DNA of 64,000 bases from Amoebophrya sp. A120. Lineage: Eukaryota; Protista; Dinoflagellata. Location of the stretch: positions 3,284,437-3,348,436 of the forward strand of contig CAJINV010000006.1 in the NCBI GenBank assembly GCA_905178155.1, read 5' to 3'. A program made the position numbers and the translations under genes. Under the pieces are notes generated by a model. It had not been told where the DNA came from, did no database searches, and saw only the letters and a list, made by a program, of their open reading frames with translations. Positions 56,906 to 64,000 of the stretch are shown here, piece after piece (position 1 is the stretch's first letter; the number at the start of each line of letters is the position of its first letter).

Positions 56906-59536
56906 AGAGGTGAAGAGCGGTCGTATAATTGAATTGCCGGCTACTTCGTCCTGGTGACAATAGGAATAGTCCTGGTCGTGCAGCTACATCGCCGAACAGA
57001 ACTTGTTGTACACGATTGTCCACCAACATGAACATGATCTCAGACGAAGGCTGCAATTTGAAGGCCTTCCTCGAGAAGCTGCTGCTGCAGACATGACAAC
57101 AATAAAAACGTCGAAAACAATACAACAAAAACGAGAACTCCTCTTTTTCAGCCCCGCCGTTTATACTTAACCACCTTGCCTTCACCACTGACGACTTCCG
57201 AAGCCATTAGCATCAGTTGTACCAGTTGCGCGACCAGCGTCATCGGCTTTTGCAGAGCGAGCGTTTGTAATGTTCAACGACGGTTTTGCTACGCCGATTT
57301 TCATCAATATGATCACCGTTTCATACATTTTCCCAGTCCTTCGCTATCTTCGCGTTTCCAGAAATAGATGCTTTCAAAGTTTCTACCTTTTATGCTTATT
57401 CTAGACCAACAAGCAGCGTTGGGGAAGCTCAACAAGCGACAGATATTTTTATCCACGACCTAGCCCTGAATTATGATTATCCTGAGCCGTACATCACTTC
57501 TACACAACTTCTAGCGCCACCTCCCCCTTTATTACACTGCCTTTACTTGCGGCCGCCGAGTATAGTTCTCGAATTTATCTTTTTAAATCTCGTGACCATG
57601 AGGGGAGATATGTTGAAGTACTGTTGTCAAGATTTTGGAGAAGATCTTCCATGTGCTTCAGAAGATTTTTGAGCTTTTTTCGTCGAAGCATCGATCACGA
57701 CAGAAACGATGACGTCGATGTCGACTCGGTCTTGGAAGAGATGAAAGACAACGTCTACTACTTTGCAGCTCGAAAGATAAAGGTGTTCGCCGAGGTCGAG
57801 CCTGTACTTGGTGAGCGCATCGAGCGCTGGATCGAGGGCGAGAGGAGCATGAGTGACACACGCGGGTTGCTGTTGGCCACGCGCTGGTGGTTTTTTTTTT
57901 CGGGTAATGTATATAGATACGCTCCGAACATCAGATCGAGACGCGCGAAGCGCCCCGCTGGTCAGCCTGGGCGGTGTGGGCGGGCTACGGCCTGGCGGCG
58001 TGAGATTGTGGGCGCCCGCGCGTTTCGTTCCTTCCTCGGGCGGTAGAGCCCGACCCCGCCTGGCCGGGTTCCCGCGCCCGGCCGGCGCGAAAGAAATAGG
58101 GTGGAGCGAAAGGGATGCGTGGCGGCCGTGAGGCGTGCGATTCATTTCCCGGAGCCGGAGGGGCGCGAATCGGGGCACAACCTGCGGCGCGAGCCGGGGC
58201 GGCATGTCTCCAAACCGTGGCCAAAGCCAGGGGCCTCGCCCTATAGGCGGCCGGATTACGCTTTTGCAACGAGGAGGGGCGCAGGGTTGTGCGGCCGGCC
58301 CCAGTTGTGCCGCTCCGCCCGCGTGGCAGCCTGGTTGGCACGGGGCGAGGCCGCCCGGGCCGGCGGGAAAAGGGGCCCAAGCCCACGACAGGGCCTCGGC
58401 CCGTTGCGCGAGCTGAATGGCGCAGAGCAGATGGGTGATGGGTAAGGATTCGCGCACGCGAATCGAATGGGCTACCCTTTGAGGCCGCGCCGGCCCCGCC
58501 CCATTTTTTTAGATACTAGCAAGCCCGCCGCGGGGCGCGCGGGCCGCCCGGCCGGCCTTGGAGCTGAACTGTGCTGGGCGATTGGCGATGAGCCGGGCTC
58601 TGCCTTTGGGAGTCAAAAACTGCGGAAAAGCGTGCCCCTACCTTATCGCCTTGCTTCGGTGCTTGTTGGTTCTGGGCCGAGGAAGTTCGTGAGATTGTTC
58701 GCCGGGCTCTGAGAGTTCGCAGCGCCCCCGCTTTTCTCCTGCGTTTGCCATGCTGGTGAGGGCCTTGCCCGTAGTTGTCGGCGTCTTGTTCCCGCGGGTC
58801 GAGTGGGTTATCCTTTGGGGCCACGCCGGCCCCGCCGGCCCCCCCCCCCGCCCCCCCATTTATATCTTAGCAAGCCCGCCGCGGGGCGCGCTTTCGCTCT
58901 TTTATGATCTTGCCACTCCGCGCGCCGTGGCTGGCGCAGCCGCCTGCCGGCTCGCTTTGCCCCCGGCCCGTTCGTTCCGCGCCACCGGCGCAGGCGGTGC
59001 GTTTGGGATCTATTTGGTGGCGCCCCGCCTGCAGCCGAGCGGCTAGCTACGCATCAATGTCTTTCCAGAAGCAGCGCCAGCTCCGTGTGTGGGCGAGTGA
59101 ATTGCTGGCGCAAAGAGTAAGGAGCACGGGCGCCCGCGCTCATGAGTTTTTCTATGTGATTTGTGCAGTGGCGCTTGCGCTTCGTGCGTTGCGTTCTCTG
59201 GGTAGTGCACTCGCCTGCCGTTCGTTTGTTATTTCGTGGATTCGAGGTGATTTGGTCTCATGAGGTGTGAGAGCTCCAATTCCATCCATGAATTTTGTAT
59301 GCAGTTTTTTGGTTGATGAAATGAGGGCCAAGGCGTTTTGTAAAAATTCGCCTTCCGACTCCGACAGTGGTCATTCATTCGCCCACATATCACGACTCAT
59401 CCGACAAGACCACGGATAGGACGAAGATAGAGAACGAAGTTAAGATACAGAGGCATTTCCTACATCTAGCTCTTCGCCATTTGTTTTAGTCTGTGCCACT
59501 GCTCAGAGGAGTACACAAAACCTGAATCAAACCAAG

Positions 59537-62500
59537 ATGCGTCGCAACCAGGTGCCGACCCTGCGTCGCCCTGCCCCGCAACACAAGCGTGTTTTACAGC
59601 GGGTACCAACGCCGCTGGGTCCCGGGGCGATGGGCAGTGCGGAAGACTGTGCGAGAACTCCGGTAGCGGAGAAATTGCTTCCGAAGGACGACGAGCAGGC
59701 GGATCATTCTGTTGCCATGCCGGAATGGCAGGGCAACAACGTCGACGTCCCTTCCTCCTCCTCTTCCAGTAGTAGTTCCGCGGCTGGACCAGGAATAAAT
59801 CAAGCAGAATTAGTACATCAAAGCGAAAAGGAAAACAGAAATCCTGGTGGTGGTTCTGGTGCTGACCAGGAGAATCTTCTCAACGGCGCTGAAAGAACGA
59901 GCTACGTCGTGAAAAAACTCACCTCGCCTTCGAGAAACGTCCTGAGCACACAAAGTTCCGTCGCAAACGTCCCACCGGAAGATTCGAAATCTGAAGTAGA
60001 AGTGGTCAAGAAGAAGCGCACCCTGCAGCGCTCTTTCTGGCAAAAAGAACTACACGCCAATAACACGTGCGACACACCGTATCAAATGCAAAAAATGTCT
60101 GGGTCTGGAAGAATGCCAGACTTGTCGTGCAGGTTTTCCATGACCCATGAGGTCTGGTATGTAGGACAGAGCATGACAGATTCTGTGAGAGTTCTATCAA
60201 TATCATGCCTATCCTGCATGAGAAAGTGCCTCGCGGTTGGGTCAAAAGTGGACAGCTTTTGCTAATCACGCAACACAGATTTTTACATGATTCAGATTTA
60301 GCATGACAAGTTGCTTTGTTCCAGACCCAGACATATTTGCAATGCATACACCGGAAGTAGATGCGAGTAAATTTTTGGCGAATAGGAAGAGTGGGGACAA
60401 CTTGACCGACTTGCTGAAGAGCAACGAGCTGATTTCCACGAAAAATCAACCGGCGAAACGACGTACGCATTGCAAATATTATCGTGCCTACTAGTATGAA
60501 TTGCATAATACAAATTTGCTCAGCAGGAGAGCTGGAATTTGTCATGCTGTTTCACCCTAAGGACAAGATTTGTCATGCATAGTTGCAATTAGAAGTACGA
60601 CGAGTGCGATGCTTTTGCAATGCATACGATGCCGCCCGAGTTTATCCACAGAAAAAAACCCATCCACATCCATTTTTTGCATGACAAACACATGATTTGA
60701 TACGTGTTTTGCATCACTAATTGGATGTGGATGGGTTTTTTTCTGTGGATAGAGTTCCAACTCCCACAGTCCGGCGGGTAGAATGAAGACGCTGTATGAG
60801 GAGGAGGGAGATGATGTTGACAGTGGTAAGCAGGAGGGCGAGATGAAGAAAAAGTCCGATAAAAACGGTTCTTGTGCACCACCAGCTTCCGGCATCGCTA
60901 TCGGAAGCAAGAAGCTGAAGCCGTCGGTCAGCAACGACGGCATGTTGACATCAAGCTTCGACCCCACAACAGCGGCAGCGGTGTTTGATTTGAAGAACAA
61001 AAATCCGAATTACGACCCCCGCAGAACAACAACCACAAGTGCGAGTACGAGCAGCTGCAGACCGAGCCCACCGGGGGGCTCCGATGATCGACGCCGGACG
61101 CCGGGCGGTGGAGTTAGTAGCGGAGGAGGATTTTACACCGGTAATAGCAATAGGTCTACTTTTGGATCTTCAAGCGGGCACAGAAGGACGAACAGAGATC
61201 TTTATCAAGATAGAGACAGGGAAGATAGACGCTACGATAGAAGCAGAAGAGACCATGACAGCAGCACCTACCGCCACCGCGATTACGATAGCGGGTCCCG
61301 CTACGGACGAGATTACAGCTGGCGTGGAGCTGATACAACTGGTGAGCGCCTCCGCGATAAGGGCCACGGCAGAGGTGGAGGACGGGATTATGATTATAAT
61401 CGGAGCTACGGTACTAGTTCTTACCGGGAGCGGGATAGAAGCTTTGTCGCCCGCGACGATCGGGGGAGCAATAGAAAAAGTGAAGATCTAACAAGATCGA
61501 GAAATGAAGAGAACAGCAGGTCGTGGGGAGAACGCGGCGCAAGAGGTGGTGGTGGGAGCGCTGGTACTTCTGCCTCTTCTCGTCCCGACGGGCGGCACGT
61601 CGGGAGTACTTCTAGTGGGGGCTACGGCAGAAGTAGAAATGGGTATGATGATAGCTGTGAAATAAATCAGGAACAGCTGCGAAGCGGTCGCGTTCACTAC
61701 AAAGATTCATCTTCGTCCTCTGCTTTTCATCGTCCGAGGATTAAGAACGAAACTGCCGGTGAAGACGAGAAAGCTTCTGGCGTCGACGACAGAAGTGGTT
61801 GTGCCAACAAGGCGTCGGAACATCTTCACCAGAGCAGCAAAGCTGAACATCATGCACAGGAGGAACAAGGGGATCAAACCAAATTCGAATCCGAAACTGC
61901 AGGTCCGCCTGCTTCTACGACCAGCGCAGTGCAGCACCTGAAAGAAAAGCAGCCGAACAGCCTGAGTCCCCGGGAGTACCAGTTTCGAGAGGAAATCAAC
62001 ACGACGAAAAACATATGAGCTGCAAAATTATCGTAGTAATTGCAATCATGCATGGCAAATCTCTCTCTGAAGGGGAATCCGCATTACAAATTCCATTTGT
62101 CATGCTGGCCAACTTTGTGATGCGATTTGTATGTACCAAGTGCGATACTTTTGCAATTCATAAAACAAAGGGTACTACAACCGCAGACGTTGTGATCACA
62201 TAGGAGGTGAGCAGCCACAGATTCTGAAGGAGGAAAAGCCGGTGATTTCACCGGGAGATGAGGTGGAATCTAAAATTTCAGCAACAGCAGGTGCAGGGAA
62301 CAAGCAGGCTCAGGAACGCCGTTTGGAGGGAAATTATGACAAAAACGAACCGCACGACCACGAGCGACGACCCTCGTCTCTGAAAACAGAAGCAGATGAG
62401 GAAGAGCCGAGGTTGTACTCGCATTATCAGCAGGTCTTTGACCAGGCGCAGGGACGGGGGAATAATTTCGCGGATTTTCTCTTTTCTGATTTGGTGCAAG

Positions 62501-64000
62501 AACCTGATAGTGAACAAGGGCAGGAACTGCAAGAGACGTCTTCTGCACAGGTAGGGGATGCTAATGCGCCGTCCTCTTCCGGAGAAATAGAAAAGGTACA
62601 GGGAGTAGATGAGCAGCAGTGTCGTGAGCGAGCGACCACCGGTGGTGAAGTAGAAGAAGGCGAATTCGCAGTGGTTACTGCCTGGCTGACAGAACAAGCG
62701 GTCGCGGGCGAAGCTGCGAAAGTTGCCGACGAAGTGACAGCAGTGGGAGGAGATGCAGGGATCATCGTGGCTGCAAGCGATAATCCTCTCGCTGCAGCAG
62801 TGGTGAGGGTGACTACAGGCGAAGTGGGAGTTGTTCCTCTGCAGCACGACAATATTGAGAGTGCACTCGAGCAAGAACCACAGATGAGCGACGCCATAAA
62901 AGGTACATCGTCCGAAATATTAGATGAGGATAGCCAGAAGGCACCAGTGGGCGGCGGCGCAACTACTACACTTCTAGCGGCAACTGAGAGCACTACAAAT
63001 GACCCCCGCGCGGCACGAGAAGATGTGGGTGGCCGCGAAACGGCTGAGGGTGCGATAAAAGACCAATCCGAGCACGGGGCAGAAGCACCTGATCATGCAC
63101 AAGCGCCACAATTAGCTCCAGCCGCTCCTGCAGAGCCAGCGCAGCTGCAGAAACAAACACAAGCGGAAAACGACGTCGACATGGAAGTTGTGGAAGTAGC
63201 AGAACAAGTGCCGCTGCTCGCGGTGGCTCCTGATAGTACAACGGCACAACTACCACCATCGAGCACGACACCAGCGGTGGATCAGGAAAAGGAGCTGCTG
63301 ACCGCAAATAACGCATGCGCAGCTGCAACACAAGTGGCGGATCATGCGCAGCAGGCGCCAGAAGAAGCCGTGTTCTCTTCTACAAATATAGCGCCAACGA
63401 CTTTTCGACCCCGCAGCAATACGGTGGATGTGGTCACGGGCACCAGTGCCGCTAATGTCACAGCAGCCACATCATCTTCCTCCACCACCGCTGCATCAAA
63501 ACTTGACCACGAAGTGACAGGAGGCGTGTACCCTGTGCAAAGGTATCGTACTCGTACAAATGCATTACAAATTTCCTCAACATGAGAAATAAAATTTGTA
63601 ATGCGGATTTACCTTATAGAAAAAATGCAAGATTGCAATACGAGTACGATACTTTTGCACAGCATAGCGTGAAAAAACCTACAACTTTCAGTCCGGCAAA
63701 CAAGCCAAAATCGCTCAAGCCGCCAAATAGAAGAACCACACTGAACAACTCGTTGAAGAATCTGAACCAGTCGGGAGGACATCAACACAGCACATCCTTG
63801 CAAATTATCGACAAACACACCAACATGCAGTCTATTCGCAACCGAACATCTCTAGCGATCGACAGACTGTTGTCTTCCAGCAAGCTTGGCGGTTACTGCG
63901 AGTTCAAGTCCGCAATTGGGGAAAAGTTCCAGCCACAATACCTGCACGAAAAAGAAGAAACCTTGCCCTGTTACGTGTCCGAAGTGATCTTGCAACAAGA
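59537..64000 (+). CDS. Large low-complexity hypothetical protein (R/D/S-rich and A/E/T-rich regions), 5 introners, runs off the window
   Basis: ORFs 59537, 60783 and 62242 join in frame through short exons; frame stays open to 64000. Confidence 0.8.
60080..60348. mobile_element. Introner family A
   Basis: Perfect TSD caccg. Confidence 0.95.
60464..60626. mobile_element. Introner family B (left end TAC)
   Basis: TSD cgacg/cgatg. Confidence 0.9.
60643..60751. mobile_element. Introner family I
   Basis: Perfect TSD gagtt. Confidence 0.95.
62014..62162. mobile_element. Introner family B
   Basis: Perfect TSD aaaca. Confidence 0.95.
63529..63666. mobile_element. Introner family B (left end TAC)
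   Basis: Perfect TSD gcgtg. Confidence 0.95.

Noticed and set aside
57624-59263. Long overlapping ORFs in the GC-rich island
   Set aside because: Open in several frames on both strands because of GC content; no domains and no introners.
338-63818. Many short ORFs sharing peptides such as FQTQT, CKSIALV, QKYRTR and MSGSGR
   Set aside because: Translations of introner TIRs, not a protein family.

Overview
Eukaryotic genomic DNA whose architecture matches the parasitic dinoflagellate Amoebophrya (Syndiniales); this is inferred from the gene and intron structure only. Ten host genes were reconstructed by hand, all on the + strand: REV3 (DNA pol zeta), a 94-aa mini ADP-ribosyltransferase-like protein, an ANP32-like LRR/acidic protein, an alpha/beta-hydrolase with a UBA-like tail, and several hypothetical proteins. 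They are interrupted by 66 non-canonical introner elements of 109-361 bp from at least 11 families. These elements have TAT...ATA terminal inverted repeats and a 5-bp target-site duplication (TSD). Removing the element plus one TSD copy restores the reading frame in all cases except one with eroded ends. All families share an internal GCAT(G/T/C)ACA motif in both orientations, and the two canonical GT-AG introns carry it too. Several families occur in both orientations, and all copies lie in coding sequence. A ~14.8-kb tyrosine-recombinase (DIRS/Ngaro/PAT-type) retrotransposon at 23943-38717 encodes gag, RT-RNaseH and YR. It has split direct repeats, a 10 x 528-bp tandem array of its own termini and seven covarying CC-GAU-GG stem-loops in its leader. 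Coordinates were read by eye, and exon-intron junctions are ambiguous within each 5-bp TSD.
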